A stretch of DNA of 54,017 nt from Octopus bimaculoides (Eukaryota): contig NC_068981.1 of NCBI RefSeq assembly GCF_001194135.2, positions 159,430,385-159,484,401 of the forward strand. Reading direction: 5' to 3'. This document shows, in pieces, positions 1 to 12,439 of this stretch (position 1 is the first letter of the stretch; each line of letters begins with the position of its first letter). Under the pieces are notes generated by a model. That model worked only from the letters and a program-made list of their open reading frames with translations. It had not been told where the DNA came from and searched no databases. A program made the position numbers and the translations under genes.

Positions 1-35
<35 letters not shown>

Positions 36-631
36 CAAACTGTGTAATATTCAACGTTAAAAAAGAGCGCTTAAATTAGTGTGTATATGTTTATATATAT
101 ATATGTACACACACACACAAATATATATATATAAGCATACTGAATATTAAACTGCTGTCGCAAAATACATCGAATATAAATAAAATATATATTTACTGGG
201 CCTTAACGACAATTATATGACCAAAGTTTGGCCTTTGAAACACTATATGTATAGTATTTATACATACGTGCGCGTGTGTATTCATTCATACATACACAAA
301 GAAGCACAGACCGGAAAAAAACAAAACAAGAATATTCAGGTGTGCGAGAGAAAAAAGGTAGGATATTTATTTAAAAGAAAGAAAAGCTTGTACATGTGTC
401 CAAGTGCAAAACTATATTTATCATGTAGTTTCATTGGGTAAATCTGAACTAATACCATATTTCGTTGTGACAAAATAATTACATGCATGAAATAAGAGAT
501 TTTTGTTCTCAGTTTGCAAATATGAAGCACGCGCTCGCGCGCAAAACACATGAGCGGGTGCATGTGTATGAGTGTGTGTACAGGCACATTTAGCGGTATC
601 ACATTTCTACGTAGGCAACACAAATAACGCA

Positions 632-830
632 AACCGAGCCAACAGGGTAGCTTCTATGTGGTTGCACGATCTGCTAGAAATAGCAGCGAATTTGCAACCT
701 ACTCGTTTTGAGAAAATTACGAATACATTGACTGGATAATGTAATCCTGCAAAAACCCTAAAAAAGATGGAGTGTCTGTAATCATAGATCTACTCAATTT
801 GTATTGACCTGGGACTTAACAACATAGTAC
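632..830 (+). repeat. Dispersed repeat family D (core CTGCTAGAAATAGCAGC, (AAC)n tail), probable non-autonomous retroposon
   Basis: Shares GATCTGCTAGAAATAGCAGC...GACCTGGGACTTAACAAC with other copies in the window (5150, 6130, 24270, 37080, 47345, 47940, 49975, 50180). Confidence 0.7.
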
Positions 831-1392
831 ATAATGTAAGAGTTGTGTGTGTGTGAATATGCGCGTGGTAAAAGACAAAACAATACAAAACTTGGAAACA
901 TACGGTGAACAGAAAGAAAGTCACCGAAAAAAAACTCTTAGCATTAATTGAGGGAAAAGTTACGGAATAATGTTATATTAAAATACCATAGATAATAGTT
1001 CAACTAACTGGTTAAACAATTATTTTAACTTAATTATTAATTTGACAATACATGACTTGTACACAATATAATGAATGGCTTAACACGAAAATAATCATGT
1101 TTTAATCAATATCTTAAAATCGATGAAACCAAAAAAACAAATATTTCAGTCATTCATTCAAGTTTACCAGTAACTTTTTTTTAACATAGTTTATCCGGAA
1201 GAAATTCCAAAATAACAAATATAGACAACACAATACCAAGGCCACGGGGTATTTAATACACACATATTTGAAATAGAATATGCTGTTCAAGATTAAATCA
1301 GATCTATTAAAAACTTAGAGGAGACTTTTTAACTGCACGAATTGACTGTGTGTGTCTACCTGTTTGGCAGTCCGTCTCTCTCTCTCTCTCTT

Positions 1393-1730
1393 TTTTTCCT
1401 TTTGTTTCAATCTTTGGACTGCGATCATTCTGGGGCACCGCCTTGAAGAGCTTTAGATGAACAAATCAATCCCAGAACTAATATATTAAGCCCGTTACTT
1501 TTGTCGAATCGCTAAGTTACAGGGATATAAACAAACCAACACCAGTTATCAAACACAACACATACACGATGGGCTTCTAGCTTCCGTCTACCAAATCCAC
1601 TTACAAAGCTTTAGTTGGCCCTGGGCTATATATACTAGAACACACTTGCCCAAAGTGCCGCGCAGTGAGATTGCACTTAGAATCATGTGGTTGTGAATCA
1701 AATTTCTTACCACACAGAGCGACACCTGCA
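1393..1730 (-). mobile_element. tRNA-derived SINE family A (octopus OR/OK-type, CORE-like motif), decayed
   Basis: Reverse complement aligns with the intact copy at 9236-9648: head TGTGGTAAGAAATTTG, CACTTTGGGCAAGTGTGTTC, GGATTTGGTAGACGGAAGC and 3' end GGCGGTGCCCCAG. Confidence 0.85.
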
Positions 1731-2079
1731 CAATAAAGATAAACATTCAATGCATAAGTGCAAAAGAGTCAATTAAATGCTTCGTCACCGCAATCCATCA
1801 ACGGGTTATCAACAATACCAAGGTAACTAATGTGTATTTATTTATTTAGCATTTGTTTTCTAGAACATCAACAGAGTGAGTAAAACGAACCAACTACAAC
1901 TGGGAATAAAATATATTTTACAGCGCTAACCAGCTATTCATAATATCCACATATAAGCATACGTAATTGTTTATAAACATATAAACTGGCTGGTGTCTTG
2001 TATGGAAGAGATATTTGGTTCAAAAGCTGAAAGAATAGAGCACCTTCCAGCAGCCCATTACTTTCAAAATATTACTAAA

Positions 2080-2944
2080 GTATTGTCGATGTCATCGTCA
2101 CCGCCATCATCATCAATAACATTACTATTATTAATATGATCATCACTATCGTTTGTATCATCGTGGTTTTAATAAATTTATAATACTCACCAATATCGTA
2201 ATATCATTACCATCGGCATCACCATCAACAGCTTTACCACTGCCATCATCTTCAATATTATTGTAGCCTTCGTCGTCGTTGTCATCATCATCATCATCAT
2301 CGTCATCGTCATCATCACCGTCAGTACATCCAACAACATCATTATCATCATCTATTATTTTTTCTAACTTACAATGCTAGCAGATGTAGTTACATTATAA
2401 ATAACTTGTTGCTGTTTTGTTGTTATTGTTGTAGTTATCAACATTGTTATGGTGGTTGTCTTTGTTGCTGCCGTGCCTGTTGTTGGTGTTTATGGTAGTT
2501 AGTAGTGGTGGTGGTGGTGGTGGTGGTGCTGGTGGTGGTGATGAGGATGATAATGATGATAATGATGAAGATGACGTGTGAGATGTGATTTGAGATGCTC
2601 TGTCACGTCCACACTGACAAGCAGGATAAATAGTCAGAGTGGCAGTGTTTTGTCCAAGCGTTTAATACAAGCTACGATGGTATTAATAGTCTCCGCAGTG
2701 CAAAGTAACATCCGAGCACCGAGCCAGACACACCAGCAGTATTCTAGTAGTAGTAGTAAGTGTCTGCCTGCCTGGAAGCAATCTCGTACATATCAGATAG
2801 CTGTTGTTGTTGTTGTTGTTGTTGTTGTTATTGTTATTGTTATTCTGTGGATCGCACTTCCGACAATTTCCTTTTGATGATGGTAAAAGAGAGAGGAGGT
2901 GGCTGCTGCTACCATTACTACTACTACTACTACTACTACTACTG

Positions 2945-2997
<53 letters not shown>

Positions 2998-3000
2998 GTC
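2080..3000. repeat. Compound trinucleotide low-complexity region: (CAT)n, (GGT)n, (GAT)n, (GTT)n, (CTA)n
   Basis: Directly visible, e.g. (GTT)n at about 2803-2840 and (CTA)n at about 2915-2996. It produces the poly-V/T/Y/L pseudo-ORFs. Confidence 0.95.
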
Positions 3001-4712
3001 ACAGCAGTTAAATCCTTCATCGTAGTTTTAAGGGAACAGGTGGAATCGTCGTTAGAGATAGCGAACAAGTTGAATATGGATTCAGGTGCTCGGAAAAGTC
3101 GAACACCGAGACATACAGACCGACACGCGCTCACATGTAGCCGATATACACGTACATGCACACCATACATGATGCATACATACAATATACATGTATATAT
3201 TGGCAAAAAAACAGCTCAGCATATAGATAAAAGAATACTTACACAAACATCCATACACTTACAGGGTGACGGACAGACCCCGTGATAGTCCCACAAGCGC
3301 CAAGTAAACATAGATATATATTTATGCATGTATATATTGTATTATACACAGTTGACGACGTAGCTTTTATCTTTACGAGACAGACAGCTCGCTCGTCTGA
3401 ACTTTCAGACATACACTCACACATACATTACACACACTCACACTATTACACAGACTGCCTCACACTTAAACTCTTTCACACACACGTTTCTACTCACACA
3501 TTTGTACTCACGCACATGCACTCGCTCGCACGTGCACATAGGTTGTAACGTACTCACACACTAATATACTAAAAAGAACAAGTACAAAAACAACTACAAT
3601 ACTGGTTATAAACTAGAGTTTGTCGATCAGTTAAAGGAAATTACAAGTGGCTGGCTTGTAATTTCACCAACAGCATTTGTAGCAGTAAGCCATCTAGTTA
3701 TTGGTGTGATTCTCTAATAAGTAAACGACCACCGTCTCCGTGGCTCCTGCGATTAGTTGTGATGGCAGCGGTGGTAATAATAATGATTAATAGTAACGGC
3801 GTAGTGTTTCTATAATGACTATAACAAGGTTTGTGATTGTTAACTAGAGAAGAGTCGCTGAATATTATGAATAACGGATAAAAAGAAGGAAAAAACAAGG
3901 TAAGACAGGGAAAGAACTATATTAGGTATAAGGGAAGACTGATTTAGAAAGGGTAAACAAACCATATGAACGGTGAGAGCGAAACAAAAACAACGGTTGC
4001 GATTATAAAATAGCGTGTGATGCACTCGAGCAGACATAATCTGTTTCGTCCGATAGCAAGCAAAAAAGTGTTACTGAGTGGCTTTTGGATAAAATTAACT
4101 GTTTGGTTATTTTAATTGGGTAACATATTAGATGCTATGATGTTCACTCATTCCTCAAGGATATTAGCGGCGTAAGCGAAATAGAAAGGACTTAACTGAA
4201 AATGGATGGAAACCAACACTATAAGCACGATGTATGAAATGAACGTGTGTTTGAAACAGAGGACTGCCCGATGTCATTCCATGTGTAATACACACACATA
4301 CATACACATATATGTGTAGCTGATATAGAAGCAATGACATAACGATATATCCGAGTTTGTATTCTTCCTCATTAATATATCTGTCACTGACCCCGTCACC
4401 GACAGGGTATTATTTACTTTAGCGCACGTATCTATCTTTATGTATATGTATATCTATATATATATNNNNNNNNNNNNNNNNNNNNNNNNNNNNNNNNNNN
4501 NNNNNNNNNNNNNNNNNNNNNNNNNNNNNNNNNNNNNNNNNNNNNNNNNNNNNNNNNNNNNNNNNNNNNNNNNNNNNNNNNNNNNNNNNNNNNNNNNNNN
4601 NNNNNNNNNNNNNNNNNNNNNNNNNNNNNNNNNNNNNNNNNNNNNNNNNNNNNNNNNNNNNNNNNNNNNNNNNNNNNNNNNNNNNNNNNNNNNNNNNNNN
4701 NNNNNNNNNNNN

Positions 4713-4752
<40 letters not shown>

Positions 4753-5149
4753 ATGTGTATGTATTTATATGTATATACATATCTAATCATTTGTGTGTAT
4801 TTATGTTTATATACATACATTTGTATGCCTACCCATTCATGTCTAGCAGATTTTTTGTTTAGCTTTTGGACGACTGTCGTTCAGTTGCCGTTCCAGACAT
4901 GACCATTGTGTTTTTTATTCGCATATACAATATAAAGGTATGAGTTGAAGGAAATTTACCTGGTATTTCTAACATATCGGAGACGTGGATATACCTAGAT
5001 AAAATATAAATGTACATATGTACATTTATGACAAACTTAGAATAACTTTCCAGCAAAACTATATAATTTTTAAAATGTTAACACTGCCATCTAAATTTTA
5101 CTTTATTTATTTATTTATTTATTCTTTTTTTTTGCCAGATTTATATTAT

Positions 5150-5365
5150 GTTCGAAAAGCGTTGGTGGTCCTATTTGAACAGAACGGGGTTTGATTAAGG
5201 GTCTTCCGTATATAACCATCCAATCCTTTATCCGACAGTTGTATATGAAGAAATACTTCATCATCCAACTAACTAGAACCCGCCTATTTCAAGATTAGCT
5301 GAAATTTCAGGGAGATTTGGCTGCTATCTCTAGGAGTCGAATACTTTCATTGAGAATTCCTTGTT
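5150..5365 (-). repeat. Dispersed repeat family D copy
   Basis: Contains GAGATTTGGCTGCTATCTCTAGGAGTCG, the reverse complement of the family D core. Confidence 0.65.
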
Positions 5366-5437
5366 ACACACACAAGCACATATTTGTATATAACGTGTGC
5401 ATATGTGTGTGAATATATATATATATATATACATACA

Positions 5438-5472
<35 letters not shown>

Positions 5473-5964
5473 TATACGCATGAATACACACACGAGTGTA
5501 TGCATATGTTTATGTATATTATAGGAAAGTTAAGTTGTCTGTGACAATGGGAAAAATAACGAATGCATTCGATAAAATGATCTCAGAGTTAAGAACCTTA
5601 ATATCATTTCTTTATCATAGAAATCAGGCGACAGACACCTCGTCAGACAGTCTGGCTTACTCAGCTCGGTTTATAATCAAATAGAGTCTGAAGTTAACGT
5701 ACAACCAGGCTGTCTGTTTGAATACAGGACTTGTAGGCAAGTTTCTGCAACAGTGTCGAATATCTGAGAACAATCTGTTATTGTAATGTTGATAAAGATG
5801 AATTTATGTATAACTACATATACAATAGCACAATCTTACCGCTTCCGATACTTCTAGACTTCTAGATTTATTTAGAATCCCAGTGAGGATTACAATTTGA
5901 ATTCTTCCACGTAGGATTAATGTAATGGTTATGTGAAGGAAACATTCATTGCCAAGCAAAAGCC

Positions 5965-5975
5965 TTCTTTGTGTT

Positions 5976-6010
<35 letters not shown>

Positions 6011-6100
6011 GTCTGTCTGTCTGTCTGTCTATGTATCTATCCATATATCTATCTGTCTGTCTGTCTGTCTGCCTGCTTGCTTGCTTGTCTGTCTGTCTCT
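5965..6100. repeat. (TCTA)n/(TCTG)n/(GCTT)n tetranucleotide array
   Basis: Directly visible. Confidence 0.95.
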
Positions 6101-6129
6101 TTGTCCAACCTACCTTAATTTCTCATGCG

Positions 6130-6345
6130 AGCCCAATGAGGGAGCCTCTATGTGGTCGCTCGACTTGCAAAAAATAACAGCCAAATCTTCAAATTACACT
6201 CTACCGTTTTAAAAAGGACAGTAGATAAAATTATCCTGTTTTCCATGTAGATGGTATATAAAGATGGAATTGCCTCAACTGGAATGTCTTTGATAACAAG
6301 TTTAATCGACTAGGGTTGAACTGGGGTTAAACAGCAACAATAAGA
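6130..6345 (+). repeat. Dispersed repeat family D copy
   Basis: GAGGGAGCCTCTATGTGGTCGCTCGACTTGC...AACAGCCAAATC...GGGGTTAAACAGCAACAATAA. Confidence 0.75.
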
Positions 6346-6394
6346 TCTCTCTCATACAAAGCCAACGAGAGTTTTCACGTTGTCGCTCGTCAGA

Positions 6395-6685
6395 AGGCAC
6401 ATGGTGTAGCTGTTGGGATATTGGGCACACAATCGTCAGGTCGTGGGTTCTGTTCTCGAACCAGGCATAACATTGTGTCCTTGAGCAAGACAGTTAATTT
6501 CACATTGCTTCGCCGACTCAGTTAAAAGTGAGTACCAGGGAAAGCTGAGAATGTGACAAATCCTGTGAAAGACTGGCGCCCCGTGCATTGGGAGTGAGAT
6601 ATTGTTTTGTACTCTCACGCGCTTAAATATCACGGGAACTAAAACCAGTTCCGGCCTAAGAGGTCTGTAGGTTCAAGGTAGGCTT
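6395..6685 (+). mobile_element. tRNA-derived SINE family C, decayed
   Basis: tRNA-like head followed by TTGTGTCCTTGAGCAAGACAG..TTTCACATTGCT, shared with the copies at 25146 and 43959. Confidence 0.75.
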
Positions 6686-7584
6686 TAACTTAAAAGATTC
6701 TTTTCTAATATTAAACTTTGAAAACCATGATTCTAGTTAAAATGTATCTCAATACACGGGGAATGTCATGGTTAGAATATCTTTGATCATAGAGATGACC
6801 CGGAGCTAAACAAACCTCAAGTCTTCTACTCTTATTCATTAACAGTATGGTTCACCAGGTAATTCATGTATCTCAGAGGTACATGAATTAGCCTGACCTT
6901 CCCTAATAAGAACCATCAAAAAGTAATTAACTCTGTTGCTTCCGAATGGGTTATGGATATCAATCTCAGTAGCCCCAATATGCAAACCTACAAAATCCAT
7001 ACCTCTAATACAGTACCTTCCATTGCCAATCGCAATTGCACTAAGCGCCACCATAATACATAATTTATAATTAAAAGAGAAAAAAAAACACATAGTGGAA
7101 GCAATCATTTCTTTTGTGCTAATTGTGACCAACTATTGTTAGACCTTAGAATGCGAAGCTGTAACATGAAACGACAGATATATTCATAAATGATTGAAAC
7201 CCAGTATCAATGTGAGAATAAATTACATCATATAAGTTGTTTCACTTAAATATACTACTGTGCATTGTTATTCATAAGTGGACAATGACAACAACAACAA
7301 CAAAACTACTGAAAAAATTATCTATTTGTCGTTCTTTCTCTTTCTCTCACTTCATGTATGTACATACGCGCGCGCATATATATACACACGTATATATGTA
7401 TGTATGTATATTTTTCTTTGAGTTTTATTTAAGTTCTTCTCAAGAGAGTTCAAGCTGGTCGCTAATAAAGCAACAAGACTTTTTGTGTTAAGAGAGTTCC
7501 CGGTATTTGTAAATATGTGGTTGGGTTGGTTGTGTTAGTTGAGCTGTCGATGCATACACTTGAGTGTTTGCATCTACTCACCTA

Positions 7585-7720
7585 AAGAATTTTAGATAGA
7601 AAATCTTATCTACTAACATTATGATGGATCTCGAACCCCAGAAACAGCTGTTGGACTTGTAACACCTTACCTCCTCCCCTTTAATTTTCTCTGTCGTTTG
7701 ATCTATTAATATATAAATAT
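7585..7720 (+). mobile_element. Penelope-like element tail fragment, paralog of 9700-9920
   Basis: Aligns with 9785-9890 (ATCTAC.AACATTAT.ATGGA...CAGAAACAGCTGT...CCCTTTAATT). GAAAC-AGCT-GT is the palindromic motif typical of Penelope minimal hammerheads. Confidence 0.5.
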
Positions 7721-7844
7721 CTATTTATACTTAAATATTCATCGTCTGAAAATCTTCAGTCTTTGCTTTCTTTCTGTTTACATGTACATATATATATATA
7801 TATATATATGATCAGCCATTATTATGATTGACCGTTGACTGGAC

Positions 7845-8012
7845 ACTATTCAATTTTTTTTCTCCGTGTTTTTCTCCTTGTCTCCGTATTCTTTCTGTTG
7901 AAGAGCGTAGCTCGAAACGTCAAAGACTTTCCGTATTCCCGAGCGCCATACTAATACATCCTTTTGTTATTTACACCACCTGTCCTCGTCTGTTGTTGTT
8001 TTTTCGTATATT
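7845..8012 (+). mobile_element. Penelope-like element 3' tail with hammerhead-like motif
   Basis: TCTTT-CTGTTGA-A-GAG-CGTAG-CTC-GAAA-CGTC-AAAGA at 7890-7926, followed by a T-rich tail running into (TA)n. Confidence 0.55.
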
Positions 8013-8989
8013 NNNNNNNNNNTATATATATATATATATATATATCGTATATCAACCCCAAGCTGTTATATTTAACAGCTTGGGGTTGCCTCTATCTATC
8101 TATGTATGCATGTATGTACAGTAGATTCTCCTGTCTGCTTCGATGTATTAGTGTCTAACACCTAATATTGTAACCGCTAGTCTACCCACACATGATATGT
8201 TTTCAGTTGTGAAGTCTTGTGTGGGGACCAGACGCACTTTTTTGTACTGTTGACAGCAGAAAGTCGGTGAAATGTTTGCCACAACAAAATTGACAACATA
8301 CTTGAGGCTTTCCTATACATTACATTTCAAAAATTATCCCAAAACACTGTCTTGTACACCGTATGAATTAATCCGTGAGCTGACGCATGTAGTGTTATGC
8401 AAATTAGACTAACCATTAAGCTGAGGCATGGTATGCTCTGTGTGTACCTACATACGTACATACATACAGGCAGACAGATAGTTAGACAGACAGATGGCGT
8501 TTATAATTTCATGCTCTTTCAATTACGTACACCGAGTTTATTTTAATGCGGCAAGTTTTCTGTAATATCATGAATCTATTATTCATTGTTTGCTATATAC
8601 TGAAGATGATGGATCTCGTCTACGCGTCCGACTACAGGGTACACCGTTGACAAAATCCCCCAAAAGGGCGAAACGCGTCTGGCGTTCCCGTAGGTCACTA
8701 CTGGAACGATGTTTGTCTGCTCCGATATATATTGTTTTTAACACATGATTATGAAAAAATTTTCTCTCGGATAAAAACCACAGCATCATGCCTGTAAATG
8801 GTGTATATATATGTTAAGTAAAATACACAGAGTTTACTGACACATATTTGTCCGTTCGTCTGTCGATCGATCCATCCGTAGATCCATCTCCACCCAGCCA
8901 TTCTCACGTACATACATACATGCCTGTTCATACCTCCCAACATACATATAGAGATGTACATACATGTATCTTATTTTTTACTTGTTTCA

Positions 8990-9112
8990 TTACTTCTTTA
9001 TGTTTTTAAAATCTGGTACTTATTCTATCTATCACTTTTTACCGAATTCCTAAGAGGTGCAAACAAACCAATATCAGTTGTCCAGCAGTGGTAGGAGACA
9101 AACACAAATACG

Positions 9113-9115
<3 letters not shown>
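8990..9115 (-). mobile_element. SINE family A, partial 3' half
   Basis: CTGGTACTTATTCTATC...CCGAATTCCTAAG...GAGACAAACAC is the reverse complement of the family A 3' part. Confidence 0.7.
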
Positions 9116-9167
<52 letters not shown>

Positions 9168-9235
9168 ATACATACATACATACATACATACATAAGTAAA
9201 AGTAGAGATAAGCAAGTTAGACAGATCAATATATA

Positions 9236-9648
9236 AAGTGTGGCTGTGTGGTAAGTAGCTTGCTTACCAACCACATGGTTCTGGGTTCAGTCCCACTACG
9301 TGGCACCTTGGGCAAGTGTCTTCTACTATAGCCTCGGACCGACCAAAGCCTTGTGAGTGGATTTGGAAGACGGAAACTGAAAGAAGCCCGTCGTATATAT
9401 GTATATATATATATATATGTGTGTGTGTGTTTGTGTGCCTGTGTTTGTCCCCCTCAACAACGCTTGACAACCGATGCTGGTGTGTTTACGTCCCTGTAAC
9501 TTAGCGGTTCGGCAAAAGAGACCGATAGAATAAGTACTAGGCTTCCAAAGAACAAGTCCTAGGGTCCATTTGCTCGACTAAAGGCGGTGCTCCAGCATGG
9601 CCGGAGCCAAATGACTGAAACAAGTAAAAGAGTAAACGAGTAAAGAGT
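9236..9648 (+). mobile_element. tRNA-derived SINE family A, near full length and young
   Basis: A-box TGGCTGTGTGG, B-box-like GGTTCAGTCCC, CORE-like CACCTTGGGCAAGTGTCTT, internal (TA)/(TG) microsatellite, tail AAACAAGTAAAAGAGTAAA. Confidence 0.92.
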
Positions 9649-9699
9649 ATGTATACATAAAGAAAGCAGACTTACACAGAATACAAATGATGTAGAGCA

Positions 9700-9920
9700 C
9701 TCCATCTTTGATCTTCTTTCCTTTAACATCTCAAATGTAAGATCTCTTCCTTGAAGACAGAGGCTCGTCTCATCCTATGATGGGATCAATCTACAAACAT
9801 TATTATGGACCACCGAGCCATCAGAAACAGCTGTCGAATTTGTTATACTATTCCTCAATCCCTTTAATTCTCTATATCATTTGTATTCTGTGTACGCTGA
9901 ACCTTTTTACAGGCATGCAT
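9700..9920 (+). mobile_element. Penelope-like element tail fragment
   Basis: Homologous to 7585-7720; contains CCATCAGAAACAGCTGTC. The class assignment is inferred from this motif only. Confidence 0.45.
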
Positions 9921-10085
9921 ATATACATTCTTTTTATTTCATGTACCTAATATACCTCATATATTGATTTGTTTAACTTACTTATCTCTACATTTACTTC
10001 TGTATCCGTTCTCTTGAGCATTTTACTATGTGTATTTTATAAGTGTATTCTATAAGTGTATTCTTTCAGTTTCCACCTACTAAAT

Positions 10086-10211
10086 ACACTCACAGGGCTT
10101 TGGTCGGTCTAGGACTGTTGTAGAAGTCACGTAAAGTGTCACGCTGTGGGACTAAACCCAGGACAGTGTGGTTGAGAAGCGAACTTTTTACCACACACTC
10201 ACGCCTCTGTT

Positions 10212-10215
<4 letters not shown>
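10086..10215 (-). mobile_element. SINE family A, 5' head only
   Basis: Reverse complement reads GTGTGGTAAAAAGTTCGCTTCTCAACCAC...GGTTTAGTCCCACAGCGTG...TTCTACAACAGTCCTAGACCGACCAAAGCC. Confidence 0.8.
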
Positions 10216-10263
<48 letters not shown>

Positions 10264-10762
10264 NNNNNNNNNNNNNNNNNNNNNNNNNNNNNNNNNNNNN
10301 NNNNNNNNNNNNNNNNNNNNNNNNNNNNNNNNNNNNNNNNNNNNNNNNNNNNNNNNNNNNNNNNNNNNNNNNNNNNNNNNNNNNNNNNNNNNNNNNNNNN
10401 NNNNNNNNNNNNNNNNNNNNNNNNNNNNNNNNNNNNNNNNNNNNNNNNNNNNNNNNNNNNNNNNNNNNNNNNNNNNNNNNNNNNNNNNNNNNNNNNNNNN
10501 NNNNNNNNNNNNNNNNNNNNNNNNNNNNNNNNNNNNNNNNNNNNNNNNNNNNNNNNNNNNNNNNNNNNNNNNNNNNNNNNNNNNNNNNNNNNNNNNNNNN
10601 NNNNNNNNNNNNNNNNNNNNNNNNNNNNNNNNNNNNNNNNNNNNNNNNNNNNNNNNNNNNNNNNNNNNNNNNNNNNNNNNNNNNNNNNNNNNNNNNNNNN
10701 NNNNNNNNNNNNNNNNNNNNNNNNNNNNNNNNNNNNNNNNNNNNNNNNNNNNNNNNNNNNNN

Positions 10763-10806
<44 letters not shown>

Positions 10807-11130
10807 ACACAAATGTGTATATCTATATATATATATAGAGAGAGATAGATAGATGTATGTGTGCATATATGCATGTATATATATATGTATGCATATATGC
10901 ATATATATGTATACATACATACATACATACATACGCATATATTGTACTAAGTATTATGCACACACGCATATATGTATGCATGTATATTTGTTCGCGTGTA
11001 TATATACTAGCGTATATTGATACATTAATCTATAAATATTCAGAAGTAGATACATATATGTATACAATTAGACATCCTTTTGTGCATACAAATTACATCC
11101 ATATTATACATACATACATCATACATACAT

Positions 11131-11176
<46 letters not shown>

Positions 11177-11296
11177 GTATATAAACTTACTTGGAAATGG
11201 ATGCGTAGCGTTCAATCATATAATAATATAAAATTATATATATATATGCATTGCCTTTTTTTTCATTTTCGTATATATATATATATATATATATGG

Positions 11297-11765
11297 GTAC
11301 AGGACGTCACAAAACGTAAACAACATGAAATACTAAGACAAACTTTGGTATGCGAACAACTAGAAAAACAAATGAAAAACAAGACAAGTAACATAAAAGA
11401 CGGCCCTTCATCAGTTGTCGGCTGTCCATCTACTCCTCATTTCGAGCAATTAACGACAATATGAGGTTTTGAAAAGGCAGTTGCTCCCGCGAACCAAAAT
11501 AAAATTTGGAATTTGCAGAGGGTCAAAGTTGGTAACAAAAACAGGACAGTCGTGACATACAACAAACCAAACGAAAGCAAACATGGAGGGCCGTTAGGCC
11601 AGACGAGGTAAGGTTGCGAACGCTGGAGCAATGGAATATTGTCTTTGACAAGAGAAAAGAAAGAAGAGGAGACAGGTAAGAATGCGTCTGGTCTGTAAGA
11701 CAGACTGAACGAAAAGATGATCACGTGAGGAAAAGAAAGATGGACGATGGTCACGTGTGAGCAAC
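11297..11765 (-). mobile_element. Uncharacterised repeat, probably a Penelope-like pseudo-LTR, ending in (TA)n
   Basis: Minus strand has CGAAATGAGG...ACAACTGATGAAGGG then a T-rich tail TTTTGTGACGTCCTGTACC-(AT)n. The class is inferred. Confidence 0.4.
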
Positions 11766-12439
11766 GAGAGAGAGTAAAGGAGAAAGATGGAGAGAGAGAG
11801 AGAGAGAGAGAGAGGTGAAGGGAGAAAAAGGAATTCGAGAACGGTGAGAGAGAAAAAACGAAAGGGGGAGAAGGGGAGAAAAAAGAATTAGAGAATTAGA
11901 GAACGGAAGAGGGAGAGAGAGAACAGTACATGGTAGAGTCGCATCAAAATCATCAAGATAAACTTACTTTGAAATGGATGCGTGGCAGGGACATAAGAGA
12001 TGAAAGTCATGGGAAGGAATATAAGAGATGCTACACAGATGGTAGTCGAAGATTGGTGTAAATGGCTCTTCCACCTCTCTTTTGTCCGTCGCTGTGAACC
12101 AGTCTGTTTCATGTCATCAACTCCAATTTATATATCGCCATTTTTTAACACCCTTCATCTGAGAAAGGATACCCAACTTCTGTCCAACAGATAGATCTGC
12201 CGTTTTTAGCTATCTATAACGTCTGAGAACTAGGATTCAGCTCAAAGGTCACTCTAATTTGCATAATAATGCACATTAAAGAGTGGAAGAGAGCAACTGT
12301 GGAAAATCTTCGCTGTACATTGCAATCGATTCATAGAGGAAAAATTCCTTCGCTTTAAATGTAGTCGAATGCTATCTTATTTCATGAGAAGAATGACACG
12401 GAATATCTGAGAAATTCGTTCTATATGCCTTTTGTTTCA

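Noticed and set aside
2578-3285. ORFs with poly-V, T, Y, L or C tracts
   Set aside because: Translations of trinucleotide microsatellites in several frames and on both strands; no domain signal.
6839-7132. 97-aa minus-strand ORF
   Set aside because: No recognisable domain or convincing splice context; its length is within chance expectation.
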